Position numbers and translations under genes: made by a program | Origin: the human T2T-CHM13v2.0 reference genome, Homo sapiens | Assembly: GCF_009914755.1 (NCBI RefSeq) | Contig: NC_060925.1 | DNA: 64,000 bases | Direction: 5' to 3' (one strand) | Notes under the pieces: model-generated | Databases searched by the model: none | Told to the model about the DNA's origin: nothing | What the model saw: the letters and a program-made list of their open reading frames with translations, nothing else | Part shown: positions 15,846 to 29,746 of the stretch, one piece after another | Layout of the letters: each line of letters starts with the position of its first letter | Numbering within the stretch: the stretch's first letter is position 1

Positions 15846-15858
15846 CTGTGTGTGTGTG
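15817..15858. repeat. (TG)14 TC (TG)6 microsatellite; mirror 47989-48028 has (CA)13
   Basis: Counted directly; explains the 2-bp shift in mirror coordinates. Confidence 0.9.
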
Positions 15859-16179
15859 AGATTTCCTGTTAGCTTTTATGTGGACACTCTATATAACGTT
15901 TGTTTTCAGAAAACATAGGGTGGGATATTTCACAGCTTACACACTTAGGATGAGAAGTCTCTATTCCTCTTGAAGACCATCAGTTCTACCTCTTAGGTGT
16001 CTGACAGAGGGGGTTAGCTCACATATCTACTGAATAATCCCACTGAGCTCACTATTTTTTAGTATGCATTACTAAAGATAATTGAACCTAATAAAGTATC
16101 TTACAATTGACACATGAAAGAACTTTCCATTACTCACAAAAGGAAGTGCTGTCTTCTCACAGAGTAGTAAACATAAAAT

Positions 16180-17560
16180 AATGACTACAAGCACTCAGCA
16201 CAGCTCTTGTTGAGATTTCAAAATTCATTTAGATAATCCTTTCAGTCTCCTAGGTTCTCAATTCCTTTAACTCATCTCCTTCCATCACTTTGCCTCTATG
16301 CTACCCCCATCTTCACATCCTAAAACTTATACTCACAAGATAGTATATACTTAGCACTATGCTACTATACTTAGTATACTATACTTAGTACTATTATATA
16401 CTATTATCCTCTAATACTTCCAATTTCAATCAACCCACTCTTATCTAAATCTCCCAAATTTCTAGTTCCTACCTCGAGAACTCCATTGCATCGTCAACCA
16501 CACTGCAATCTACAATTGATGATACCATTTTCCACTGTCTCAACCTTCTTTATTTTCTCACTTCACTCCTTAACCCAGATTACTTTCCATATCCCTCTTT
16601 TATAATCATTCTCCTAAATGTATGAACATCTCATCACTGACTGTTTTATTCACCTAGAGAAATCTCACCTTTAGTTAAACTGAATTCTGTACTTATTCAG
16701 TGATAGCGCCTCTGCTGAACTGAACTGGAAAAGAACACGAAACCACATTGACTAATACCACTTAAATAAACCACAGATTGCCAAGAGTTTGTTTACTTTT
16801 GTACATTCCTAGCTATTCATTTTACATCTCTTTTTCCTTCCTTAATCCTTCGTGATTTCTTCCCTTTTTATGAGCTTGCTTCCTATTTCACTGAGAAAAT
16901 ATCACAAAAATTTGACATGCTCCTCCTATCTACTGAACTACAAACATCTGGACCTCCATAATCTGACGTACATCCTACTGTTAGTAATTAGCTGTTTGTG
17001 TGCCTATCTTTAAAACCAAGCCTTCTATTTTTTTACCAGGTCTATGTCTTCATCAATATCCCTCTGTTTCCTGCATTATGCTTTTTCTGTCTACTGAATC
17101 AGTCCCATTAGCATAGAAACCTGCTATATCATCGATCTTAAAATAAACAGCTTTTTGATGCTATATTACCCTCCATTAACAACCCATTTCTCACATCCCC
17201 TTGAAAGCAAGACTCCTTAAGTGTTGTCTTCAATACTCACTATATTAAATTCCTCTCCAACATTCTCTTGAGTACCTCCTCTTACTCCTGATATCCACCA
17301 AGTTGGTCAACGTCAATGTCCCAAAGGTTGCTCTACCCAGTGCTTAATCCAAAAACTCATCTTTCCTAACTCATCAACACAGCTAAAATATTTGATCACT
17401 CCTTCCTATTTGAGATACTTTCTTCATTTAGCTTCTAGCTATTCCTCCTTAGTCTTCTTTAATAGTTCTTGAACTATTTTATATCTCACCATTGGGATGC
17501 TCCAGGGTTCATTTCTCCATGCCTCTAATTCCTGTCTCTAATGTTCTTACTCTCCCTGCC
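16180..17560 (+). mobile_element. Old L2-like LINE fragment (mirror ~46290-47670)
   Basis: Pyrimidine-rich degenerate sequence with L2-like phrases (TTGATCACTCCTTCCT, CATTTAGCTTCTAG); boundaries approximate. Confidence 0.5.
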
Positions 17561-19004
17561 TCACGATGCTGTAAAAGGTAGGAAGCTATGATCCACAACA
17601 GCATTTTTACACAAGACTTGAGTCTTTTTGGGCAGTGCCTCTAAGGTAAAGGTGTAATCACAGACCCAGGAACGTACCTATAGGAATGAATCGAATAAAA
17701 AGAAGAATGTTTTCCTACGTATATACAGCTGGAACTAATTTCACTAAAGGAAAAGAATAATTTTATGTGGGAAATATTTTCACCTTTGAGTGATGTTCTG
17801 ACAGATGAAAGATCTGGGAGAACAAAAATGGTAGACTGTATTACGGCAAGGATACAAATTTCTAAATTGGGATAAATCCCCCACTTCCAAAAAACTAAAA
17901 CCCAATAAAACTCGAAGCCAGACAAATATAAAATAATTACAAAAAGCAAGATTACAATTTAAAAAATGTGAAACTGCATTCATATCCAGGCAAGAACTTT
18001 TAAAAGGCAGTTTTTGTAATCATAAATAAAATATATTATAAAATTGCCTTAAAAAGAATTTGATGTAATCATCTAGTTATGTTCTCCTACATGTGTTAAA
18101 CCAGGTAAAGAAAAAATACAAACACCATTCCATTGGAAAGAAAACAATTTATTGTATTTGAGGAAAGTCATTAAAATACATGTAATATATTTCCAATTCA
18201 CTGATTTAAAGGCATACAGATTTAATTTTTAAATACACTTTCAAAGCTGTTACGCACAGTTCCATAGTCCGGGTGGTCAATTTCTTCTTCTCAAAGTTGG
18301 AAAGCACTTGAAGGACACGGGATTCAAAAGAAACCTAAAACATCATAAAAGCCAATTAGAAATAATAAGTATAACACAGCTCTTTAGTTTAAAAATAACT
18401 GAGAGCTGAACCATTTATATTTAGAAAATTAGTGAATCATGTCAGTATAACAAAATTTATCTAAATAAATGACTTATAAAGAAACTGATTTATAATATAT
18501 ACAAACTCATTTTAACTATGCCTGTAGAAAAATAATTGCATTTTCAATATCTATAGGTTTTGTACTTTTAAGGTGATAATAACCGAATTTTGAATTTGTT
18601 TTCATAGAACTAAGAATAGCAGCAGATTTTTCAGCAAAGAAACACAGAGGCTCCAACCCTTTATTTTCCTAGTTGTTAATATAAGGTTAGATGGCTAGGT
18701 TGATACTAGGTACCTAACCATTTTACTCTAACAAACCAGTATCCAAACTGCTCAGTCCTTAGAATAACTAAGGACACCTTTTCAAATCCGAGTCTTATAC
18801 TCCATTCCCAGAGATTCATATGTATTAGTTCTAGGATAGAGTATAGGAATCTTTATGCATAAAAACTCTTCCTTGGTGGTTCCCGACCTTGGTTGCACAT
18901 CAAAATCAGTTTGAGAGGTTTATTCCAACTTCTGTGCTACACTCTCAACACATCAAATGAAAATTCTGAATAAGGGAACCAGGCATCAACATATTTCTTA
19001 AGGA

Positions 19005-19147
19005 TTTTTTGAGGAGGGAGAGGGTCTCACTCTGTCACCCAGGCTGGAACGCAGTGGTGTGATCACGGCTCACTGCAATCTAAACCTCGGGGGCTCAAGT
19101 AATCCTCTTGCCTTAGTCTCCCAAGTAGCTGAGACCAGAGGTGCAAG
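19005..19147 (-). mobile_element. Truncated Alu right arm (mirror ~44700-44842)
   Basis: GGGTCTCACTCTGTCACCCAGGCTGG...CCCAAGTAGCTGAGAC, ending abruptly at L1 sequence. Confidence 0.8.
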
Positions 19148-19812
19148 CTATTTATTACTAGCTATGTATCCAAAGGAAAATAAATGAGTATATCAAAGAG
19201 TTAACCACACTCTCATATTTATTGCACTATTCACAATAGCAAAGATATGAAATCAACCTGTGTCCATCAATGGATGAATGAATAAAAGCAACGTGGTATA
19301 TATACAAGCAGTGGAAGAGTTTTTGTCCATAAAAAAGAATGAAATTTTATCATTTACAGCAAGACGGTTGGAACTGGAAGTCATTGTGTTAGGTGAAATA
19401 AGCCAGGCACAGAAAGACAAGCATCACATGTTCTTATTCTAAGAATAGAACGTGAAAGCTAAAAATATTGATCTCATGGAGGTAGAGAATAGAATAATAC
19501 ATAGATACCAGAGGCTGGAAAGAGTTTCTGTGGGTGGGAGGAATAAAGAAAAGTTTGTTAATGGGTCCAAACATACAGTTACTTGGAAGACATAAGTTCT
19601 AATATTTCATAGCAGAGTAAGGTGACTACATATAAACAGCAATGTATTGTATTTTCCAAAATAGCTAAAGGACTTGAAACTTTCTTAACATATGGAAATA
19701 ATACTTGAGGTTATGGACACCCCGGATACTTTGAATTGATCATTGTAAAGTCCAGGCAGGTAACAAAATATTACATATACACTATGTGTAGGTACAAATA
19801 TATTAATGAAAA
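19148..19812 (+). mobile_element. L1 3' end fragment (L1MA-like; mirror ~44035-44699)
   Basis: TTCACAATAGCAAAGATATG, CCATCAATGGATGAATG, AAAAAGAATGAAAT, GAAATAAGCCAGGCACAGAAAGACAA. Confidence 0.8.
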
Positions 19813-21805
19813 AATAATCCTCCTCTACAATAAAATTTTATTATTGTTAATCTGACTAATTGAGAATTCATGATGATTTGGAGATTATTTGGCAAAATGT
19901 TGCCTGTGCAAAGCAAGCTTTTCTTCCTACATTGTGCAAATTATTAAAGTAATATAAATATGTATATAACTTCAAAAAGTGATTTTCAATATATTGTTCT
20001 ACAGCACTCAAGCTTTTAATGTCACTGCTATTATGTTTTACAATAATAGGTAATAATTTAGCCCTCCCTGTAAATTAAGGTCTCTTTAGCCTGTTTATTT
20101 TTTTCAACAAACTTACAGACTGGATGTTTAGGTCCCAAAAATTTAAATAACTTGTCTCTCATTACTTATCAAATATATTGTATTTCTGAGATCTGACTCC
20201 AGACTCTATCTGTGGTTTTAGACTAGTACTCCAATGCTAATCTCATTTTAATCCACTGCAGGAGAACTATGTACTCTCTCTCTGGAAACTTTTAGCACAG
20301 CTTTTTATATGATTTTCTGAAATATAACAATAAAATTTCTATCAACAGTTTATTTTTTATCTATGCATATTCTTAAGCTCATAATTTTCATTATCCTATT
20401 TTCCCTAAAATTTATTCGAACTCATTTTAATTAGATTTTTAGTTTTATGGTGGTATAATTCACAAGTTAAAATTATATATATTCAATGTGTACAACATGA
20501 GGTTTTGAGTTTTTTTTAATTAGCCCTAGTTGAGAAAGGCAAACACTTACTGGTACATACTAAAAAGTATTCAGGACAATGATGCTTAATATAAACTTGC
20601 TAACTAATAATCAATAGACTACTCAAATGCTTTTTTGTTAAACAAATCTACAATTCTAGGTAGCATATTTTTACTGGTTTCCTTTACACTGCAGCATTTT
20701 TTCAACTAATATATATCTTACAAATAGTAAAATACATAAATCTTAAGCATATAGCATTATAATTTTTATAAGTGTATATATCCCCATCATCACTCAAATC
20801 AAGCAAGATATGGAGTATTTCCAGCTCCCACAACCACTCTCTTGCACTTTCTCAACCAGTTACTCACCAAAGGTCATCATTATCATGAACTCTATCACGA
20901 TGGATTTCCCTGCTCCTCAATTTCATATAAATGGAAAGTTGCTATCTGTATTCTTTTGAGTCTGACTTCTTTCACTCAGTTGAAGTTTGTAAGAATCATC
21001 TACATTTTGTGTAGCAGCAGATCATTGTTTCATTGCTGTGCCGTATTCCCCTGTGGGAAGCAAAAGTAATTTATTTATTCATTCTACTGTGAATGGGCAT
21101 TTGTGTTGTTTTTAGTTTAGAAGTTATGACACATCAGTGATTTTATTTGATAAGAAGCCTAGGAGTTGCTGAGTTATATAGAATTGATTGCCTTACACAC
21201 ATTGTTTAAGTTGTGCCTACTCTTGTATATATTTCATCCTTGATAGGTTTGTCTCTCTACTGTTTGGAACAAACCTGGAGCTCCCTATAGGAAACTGATA
21301 TCTTCTTTTTCTTTTCTCAACTTCTATTTTAGGTTCAGGAGGTACATGTGCAGGTTTGTTACGTGGGTAATTGCATGTTGCTGGGGTTTGGTGTACAAAT
21401 GATTTCATCACCCAGCTAGTGAGCATAGTCCCCAGCAGGTAGTGTTTTGACCCTCACTCTCCTCTCACCCTGCGCCCATCAAGTATATATTAAAATGATT
21501 TTCACTATCAAGCTAATTAACATATTCATGTCTTCACATAGTTATCACATGTTGGGAAAGGATAATACTTAAGATCTACACTCCATGAACTTAAAGCATA
21601 CATTATTATTATCTATTGTTACCATGTTGTACGTTAGATCTCCCTAACTTATTCATCTTATAATGGCAAGTTTGCATGGCTGTACCTGTAGTATTTTTCT
21701 TTCTCTGCCTGGCTTATTTCACTTAGCATAATATCCTCTAGGGTCATTCATTTTGTTACAAAGGGCCAAATTTCATTCTTTTTAATACTGAATGATATTC
21801 CATTG

Positions 21806-21850
<45 letters not shown>

Positions 21851-21857
21851 GATAGAT
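21806..21857. repeat. (GATA)n tetranucleotide STR; mirror (TATC)n at 41990-42041
   Basis: About 12 GATA units; same length in both arms. Confidence 0.92.
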
Positions 21858-22017
21858 ATCACAATTCACATACTACTCATCTATCAACACTTAGGTTGTT
21901 TCCATATTTTGGGTTTTGGGAATAATGCTGCAATGAACACAGGAATGCAGATATCTCTTCAAGATAGTGATTAGATTTCTTTTGTCTGTGAAAGGATAAT
22001 TATATAAAATGGCATCA

Positions 22018-22255
22018 AGTTCTCGGCTCACTGGAACCTCTGCTTCCCAGGTTCAAACAATTCTCCATGCCGCAGCCTCCCAAGTAGCTGGGATTACAGG
22101 TGCCCACCACCACACCTGGCTAATTTTTATGGTTTTTAGTAGAGACAGGGATTCGCCATGTTGGCAACTCTGGTCTTGAACTCCTGACCTCATGTAATCT
22201 GCCTGCCTCAGCTTCTCAAAGTGCTGGAATTACAGGTGTGAGCCAACACACCCAC
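22018..22255 (-). mobile_element. Alu lacking its 3' end and poly(A), nested in L1 (mirror ~41592-41829)
   Basis: TCTCGGCTCACTGGAACCTC...GTGAGCCAACACACCC. Confidence 0.82.
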
Positions 22256-25200
22256 AGGTATATAAATTTATACCTAAAAGTATAATTGCTGCATCATATG
22301 GTAAGTCTTTAATTATTTGAGGACCCTCCATGCTGTATTCCATAATGGTTGTACCAATTTACATTCCCACCAAAACTCTATAAGCATTCTCGTTTTGATA
22401 CATCCTTGTCAACACTATCTATCTTTTGGCTTTTTATATTGGCCATTTTAAAAGATGTAATGTGACATCTCATTTTCATTTCAGTTTATATTTCCCACTT
22501 GTTTAGTGATTTTGTGCACCTCTTCATTCATGTGTTGGCCATGTGCAAGTCTACCTTGGAAAAAAGTCTGTTCAGGTCTCTTGCTCATGTTCTAATCAGG
22601 ATTTTTTTCTGATTATTAGTTTCTTATCTGTTTCAGATATTAATCCATTATCAGATATATTGTTTTCAAGTATTTTCTACCATTCCATGGGTGACCTTTT
22701 TAATTAATTAATTAATTAATTAATTATTATTTTTTTTTTTACTGTGCAGCAACCTCTTACTTTGGTGTAGTTCCATGTGTTTATTTTTGTTTGTCTTGTC
22801 TATATTTTGAGATTCATAGCCAAAAAATCATGCCAAGGTCAATCTTAAGGAGGATTTCCCCTGGTTTCTTCTAGGGATTCTTTGGTTTCAGATGTTAAGT
22901 TTAAATTCCTTTTCAATGTTCAATTTATTCCTGTGCATATTATAACTGTCAAATTTCATTATTTTGCATGTGGGCCTGCAGTTTTTCTAAACGCTATTTA
23001 TTGAAGAGACTATCCTGTCTCCATTAGGTATTTTGGGCATGTTATTGAAGATTTTTTGACCGTCTTGGTGTAGGTTTATTTCTAGGCTTTCTATTCTGTT
23101 CCATTCTTCTATGTCACTGTTTTCATGTCAGTATATATAAAATTTGCTGTAGTTTTGTAATATAACTTGAAAGTGAGAAGTGTGGTACCTCCTGTTTGTT
23201 CTTCTTGCACAAGATCACTTTAGGTACTTATAGTCTTTTGTAATTTCATACAAATTTTAGTATTTATTTCTGTTTCTGTGAAAAATGCCGCTGGACATTT
23301 GATAGGGATTACATTTATCTGTAGATTGTTTTGTCCAATAGCATTTTGACAGTATTGATTTCTCCCATTGATGAACACAGAAAGTCTTTCAATTTCTATT
23401 ATTTTTCTACTGTCTATTTCTTTATTTTGCTTTGATATTTCTTTGCTTTCTTGTATTAGCTTTGGGCTTAGTTTGCTCTTCTTTTTATCTAGTTCCTTGA
23501 GGTTTAATGATAGATTATTTGAGATGTTTTTTCTTTAATGTAGGTGTTTGTCATACAAATTTTCTTCTTAGCACGGTCTTACTGCATGCCACAAGTTTTG
23601 GAGTATTGTGTTTTCATTTTTGTATCAAGATTTTTTATTTTCCTTTTCATTTCCTTTTTAAAACACTTTTTGTTAAGGATTGCATTATGTTCACTTATTT
23701 TTGAATTTTCCAGTTTTCCTCCTGTTGCTGATTTCTAGTTATATACCATTGTGGTTAAAAAAGATACTTGATACAACTTCAATCTTCTTAAATGTATTAA
23801 GACATTTTGTAATTTCAAATATGCTCTATTTTGGAGGATGTTTCTTGTTAGCTTGAGAAGAACACCTGTTCTCCAGCTGTAGATGAAATGTGAACATACA
23901 TCTGTTAGGTCCGTTTGGTCTAAAGTGCAGATCAAGTCTAATGTTTTTTTTCCTTATAGATTGTCTATCTAAATGATCTATCCATTGTTGCAATTGGAGT
24001 ATTGATAATTGCAACAGTATCAATAAGGTTACCTATTTCCCTAATATTATTGATTGCTGTGTATCTGTCCCTCCAGATATTAATGTTTGCTTTATATTTT
24101 CAGGTGCTTCAATGTTAAGTGCATATTTATTTATAATTGTTTCATCCCTTTAATCAACTCACCACTTTTTCATTATTTAATGACCATCTTTATCACTTGC
24201 TACAGTTGTATCTTAAAGTATATTTTGCCTGATATAAGGATAGCTATCCATGCTGTTTTCTGGTTTTAATTTGCATGGAATATCAAATTTTCTCATCCCC
24301 TACATTCACTCCATATGTGTCCTTGAAGCTGAAGTGAGTCTCTTGTAGGCAGCATATTGATGGGTCTTCTTTTGTAATCCATTCAGCCATTCTGGGTTTT
24401 GAATGTAGAATAGAATGAATTTACCTTCAAGGTAATTATTGATAGGTAAGAACATACAATTGCCACTTTGTTCATTGTTTTTTGGCTTTTTAACATATTA
24501 TTAGTTTCTTTATTTCTCCCTTGCTGTCTTTCTTTGAGATTTCATGATTTTCTGTACTGACATGGTTTGATTTCTCTTTATCTTTTGGGTATCTACCATA
24601 GGTTTTGTCTTTTTGATTAGCATGATGCTTATATATACTATCTTGTAATTGGAGCAAACTCTTTTAAACTGATAACTTTGATCATATTCAAAACCCTATA
24701 CTTTTACTCAGCCCACCATATTTTATATATTTGATGTCACATTATATATTTTTAATATTCTGTATCTATTAACAAATTATTGTAGCTATAATTATTATTA
24801 CTTTGGTATTTTAACCTTCATACTAGCAATAAAAGAGATTTACACACCACTATTATACTATTAGCATGTTCTGCATTTTTTATATATTTACCTTAATCAA
24901 TGAGTTTCATACTTTTCTGTGCTTTCATGTTGCTCTATAGCAAACTTTTGCTGCAAATTCAGAAATTCTTTAAAATAATTATTTTGAATTCTTCGTCATG
25001 TGATTTATAGATTTTTCTATTTTTGTGCAGTTTTTCCTGTCAAATAATTGTTTTAAAGGAAAGTAATGAGTTACAAGAGGACAAATAGGCAATTCAACTA
25101 AAACTTGAAAAAAACAAAACACAAACCAAATGAGAAGTTCAACAGAGAGATGGAAAAAATGGAACCCAAACAAAAATTCTGGAGCTAAAGAATAAAATAA

Positions 25201-25747
25201 ATGAAATAAAGAATGTAAAATGAGAATCGACAGCAAAATTGATCAAGAAGAAAGGATCTGTGCATTTGTTTCAGCCAGGAATAACCTGCAAAGGGTATTT
25301 CAGAGATAAGATCCCTTCATCCTAGAAAAATATCAGTAGTCTCTTTCACCAAAATTTCAGCTGACAAAGAGACTAAACCAGTTCATCTTCCTTCTAGTCT
25401 TATGCCTGGGCCATTCGCCAGTGAAGAGAGTGAATAGATTGCAGGGCAACTGCTTTAATTACATCCTCACAGTGCTGAATGAAGCTTGTTCAACAATTGC
25501 CAAGCTGATCATCAAACATATTCTTTGCTATTGCTTACAACAGTTCCTGACTTCTAAAATTAGATTTGCGTATAGCCTCAAAGCCCAGCATATCCCAGTA
25601 CCTCACTGTTCAAACTAATAAATATTTTGTTAGGTCTATAAGGCTAAAGATCTCAAAATTTCTAAGAATTTTGTGCCATAGACAAAATCTGTTGGTTATT
25701 TTCTTTATATATCAGTCCAGATTTCACTGTATTAGTATTTCTACATG

Positions 25748-25786
<39 letters not shown>

Positions 25787-26071
25787 GAGACAGAGTGTCA
25801 CTCTATCTCCCAGGCTGGAGTGCAGTGGTGTGATCTCGGCTCACTGCAAACTCCACCTCCCAGGATGAGGCCATTCTCCTGCCTCAGCCTCCTGAGTAGT
25901 GGGACTACAGGCACCCGCCACTGTGCCTGGCTAATTACTTTTTTTGTATATTTAGTAGAGATGGGGTTTCACCGTGTTAGCTGGGATGGTCCTGATCTCC
26001 TGAACTCTTGATCCGCCTGCCTCAGCCCCCAAAAGTGTTGGGATTACAAGTGTGAGCCATCGCGCCCGGCC
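25748..26071 (-). mobile_element. Full-length Alu with ~38-nt poly(A) tail
   Basis: Long T run followed by GAGACAGAGTG...CCATTCTCCTGCCTCAGCC...GCGCCCGGCC. Confidence 0.92.
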
Positions 26072-27779
26072 TCTATACTGGTTCTTATAATTTATTTGGG
26101 CTGGAAATCTCATAGCTTTAACATAGACGAATGGGTTATTTTCCTACAGATTTTGATATTTTTGTTACATTCTGTTTTTATTAAAGGGGAGTTGGAGTGG
26201 AAAGACTTTTGTTGTGCATCTCCAAATATAAAAAATGAAACATTTCAAAAGACCTACCATGCCATAACTGAAATTTCTGTGGTTCGAAGAAGTCTACCAA
26301 ACAAAGTTTGCTTCAATTATATATGTGTGATTTGTTTTTGAATTAGCTAAAAGTTTTATAAGACTCTATATTAACTTTCTAGAGATGCAAAAAGCTTTTG
26401 AAAACCAAATGATTATGTTTTTAATTATTGTTTTGGATTCTAAAAGTATATGAATGACACAGGCAAATATAAGTGTAAAAAACGGGGGTAAGAAAAGGAA
26501 AACCAAAACTGATCTTTACGTTCACTTTTAACTATTTTAAACAAGAATCATCTATGTAGTTAAATTTTATGGTCAGTGATAAGGAATTTAATTCACTTCA
26601 AGAAGAGAGCGAAACATACTGCATTAGATTATGTAGGTATTTTAAAAATATATACTTTTGGTTAATATTTTTATATATTTTTGATTAACTAGAGAATCAA
26701 AGGTAAAATTATCCTAAGGCCTAAGAAATTATTGGCCAGTTTCCACTAAATAATAAGTTTTCTGGAGAAAATGCAATATCTAATTAATCATTTTACCTCT
26801 CATATCTACTATTATACCTTGCTGGTGGTGTGTATTGTTCTGCTGTCAATTTGTGATAGAAATATTTAAACAATGTCTTTTAATTAATATTCTCCCAATT
26901 AATTAGTATTTCTCAAGTACAATGTCAGTATTTTCTTTTCATTTATACCATGTCATTTGTCACTAAAGACTCTAAATATTCTTTCCAATGAGTTAAAAGA
27001 AAAAAAATCTATTTTCTGTTGGAACATGAATAACAAATTTTCAGCAAAAGAATACTTGACAAACAGAAAGATGGAAAAAGAAATCATAGTCAATTTAAAA
27101 TACAGAGAGGATTGACACTGATGGAACACAAGTGCATAAGATAGAATTGTACAGAATTCCTATAATAGCACCCAATTTTTGTAAAATATACCTCCAGGAA
27201 CAGAGGGTCCATTTTAGTTCTCACTGTGTCTGAAAAGCAATCTTTCTTAGCCAAGTTCCAATATTCCTCTTCAATTTCAATATGACATTTTATGCTAAGG
27301 TTAATAGATATTAGCAATATGTCCAATCACAGAATATCAGCTACAACAAGACAAGAAACAGAATAGATAATTCTGTGGCGTTGATTTTACTGCGAGACTA
27401 TCAGATGAATCAATTTGGACTTGATGTAAGATCTTCATACTTTAAAAAATTCAGTCCCTAATAAGGCAGTGTTATCGTGAAAACTTTGAGTTTAGATATG
27501 GTAAGATTAGTTACTAGATATTAATAATAATCACAGCACAGTGTTAAGGCATATATCTCAAAATATGTCTAACATGGAAACATTGTAACAAGTGCTATAT
27601 ATTTTGACAACATAATAAATACATTTGGATGCCTGAGTGAAACATGTCAGTTCCCAGCAGAATTATTTATCCGTGTGTGCTAAAGGACAGGGAGTTGGAG
27701 CAGTGTTAGGCACTAAAGCAAGTTTAAAGCAACAACTCCAGAGAGTCCACAAAGGAGGTAAATAATGTGTCTTTTTACT

Positions 27780-28072
27780 CTCTTTGGGCCACTATAACCA
27801 AATAGCATAAACTGAGTGGCTTATAAAAGCAGAAATTTATTTTCCACAGTTCAGGAGACTAAATTCAAAATCAAGCAGATTTTGTGTCTGGTGAAGGCTA
27901 ACTTCCTAGCTCCTAGAGGGTAACTTGTGGCTGTGTCCTCATTTGATGGAAGAGGCAAGCATCTTATTCATAATAGCACAAAAAAGAATTCCACTCCCAA
28001 GTTCCAAATACTATGCCCTCAGGTGTTAGAATTTCAAGATATTACTTTTGGGGGTGCACATACAGACCACAA
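27780..28072. mobile_element. MLT1-type (MaLR) LTR remnant
   Basis: ATAACCAAATAGCATAAACTGAGTGGCTTATAA...AAATTTATTTTCCACAGTTC...GGCTGTGTCCTCA...TTTTGGGGG. Confidence 0.6.
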
Positions 28073-29425
28073 CAATGTTTGATTATTGAAATACTTCTAA
28101 TAGTGTTGTCATTACTAACAGCTAATGATGGATTCATTGAGAATTCTGAAGTTTTCCTGCTTGCCTACAGGGTTTACTGTTATATATATGTGTACATATA
28201 TATATACAGTACATATACATATACTCTATATAAACTGCAATATATACAAACTGTAATGTATATAGTAATATATTTCTTGTTCTGAGAATAAGAGAAGATC
28301 ATGCGGTTGTATCCTAGAACTAAGTTTAATGCCTATAAGAATCCAGGAAACGTAATCCATGTAATCAGAAATGTTTTATTTCTTCATGGTGGATTTCTCG
28401 ACAGGATCAGAAGCTGAACTGCTGGTATAATTCAACTAATGAGAAAGACTGCAAGAGGCAAGAACTTTCTTTTTCTCAAGAGATTGGGAAACCATGAGAG
28501 GAAATATACTCATAAAGAAAGAAAGGCAAAACTTTATCAAAGGATAAATGACAACAAATGATTCTGAGATCTAAATAGTGTCTCTTGACCTCAGACTTGT
28601 TGTTCTTGTTGTTGTTGTTGCTTGGCAAGTCCACAGACTGATGGTTAAGGCCAGAGAAGGAAATTATGCATACAAACTGAAAATCTTTGTCATAAATTTG
28701 GATTAAAACGCAACAATGATTTGAGACCTAACGTAGCACATCACTGTTGAGGGAAAGAGATTCTTCACAAACAAAACAAGACTTTGGCATACCAAGAGCT
28801 TCCACCCATCAGTAGGTAGATGAGTTCCATTAGTGGTTTTGTCCTGAAAGAAGAACTTCAATACAGCATGGCCTTTTTATAAAAAGCATTAGCATCACCA
28901 GGAAAGAGACTGGTTCCTATATTGATTAAAAGGCAATTTCACCTGGCTGCTTAACAGGCACCTCGGAAGCCATAATATACAGAAGGAACATAGCTGGTAC
29001 TGCATGATTCTGAGGACTATGTTCAGACATGAGATATGGTACCCAGCCTTTCAGATAGAGAATTTGGAGGCATTGAAAGCAAGCTGTAAGTGCCACGGTA
29101 ATAAACGGTGTCAGTCTTAGACACACAATGAAACATAAAACTTGGAACTCATTTTCACCTAAATCTGGAAGTTAATACCTCACTCGAGAAACAAAGCTGC
29201 TGTTTAAAGAACACATTCTATTCAACAAGGCTGCACTTTCAGGGAGAATAACAGATTAATTACTCATGAGTCCAGGATGTGATGAAAAATTAAGATTACG
29301 TGGAAATAGAAGACCCTGGAGACACAAAGGGACACGAGGGACATGTATGTGTGAGAGAAGGTGAAAGTGAGTCCAGAGAATAACAGTTTTGGCAAAAGAC
29401 TACAGAACAAAAGAAGCAATCGGTT

Positions 29426-29746
29426 AGGCTGGGAGCGGTGGCTTACGCCTGTAATCCCAGCACTTTGGGAGCCTGAGGCTGGCGGATCAACTGAGGTCGG
29501 GAGTTCTAGAACAGAATGATCCACACGAAGAAACCCCATCTCTACTAAAAATACAAAATTAACTGGGCATGGTGGTGCATGCCTGTAATCCCAGCTACTC
29601 AGGACGCTGAGTCAGGACAATCCCTTGACCCGGGAAGGGGACATTGCGGTGAGCCAGGATCGCGCCATTGCACCTCAGCCTGGGCAACAAGAGAAAAACT
29701 CCTTCTAAAACATAAATAAATAAACAAACAAATAAATAAATAAATA
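29426..29746 (+). mobile_element. Alu with (TAAA)n-derived tail
   Basis: GGCTGGGAGCGGTGGCTTACGCCTGTAATCCCAGC, dimer structure. Confidence 0.9.

Larger units (their letters stand above)
20700..24970 (-). mobile_element. Cluster of antisense L1 fragments (old L1M pieces, a short L1PA-type 3' end at ~21300-21480, long L1 from ~21480)
   Basis: Typical antisense L1 3'UTR/ORF2 phrases: GTACATGTGCAGGTTTGTTAC, TTTACATTCCCACC, TTTATTGAAGAGACT, TCTCTTGTAGGCAGCAT. Confidence 0.75.

Noticed and set aside
21806-21857. CRISPR-like or other repeat-spacer array
   Set aside because: A simple STR; no repeat-spacer architecture anywhere in this eukaryotic window.
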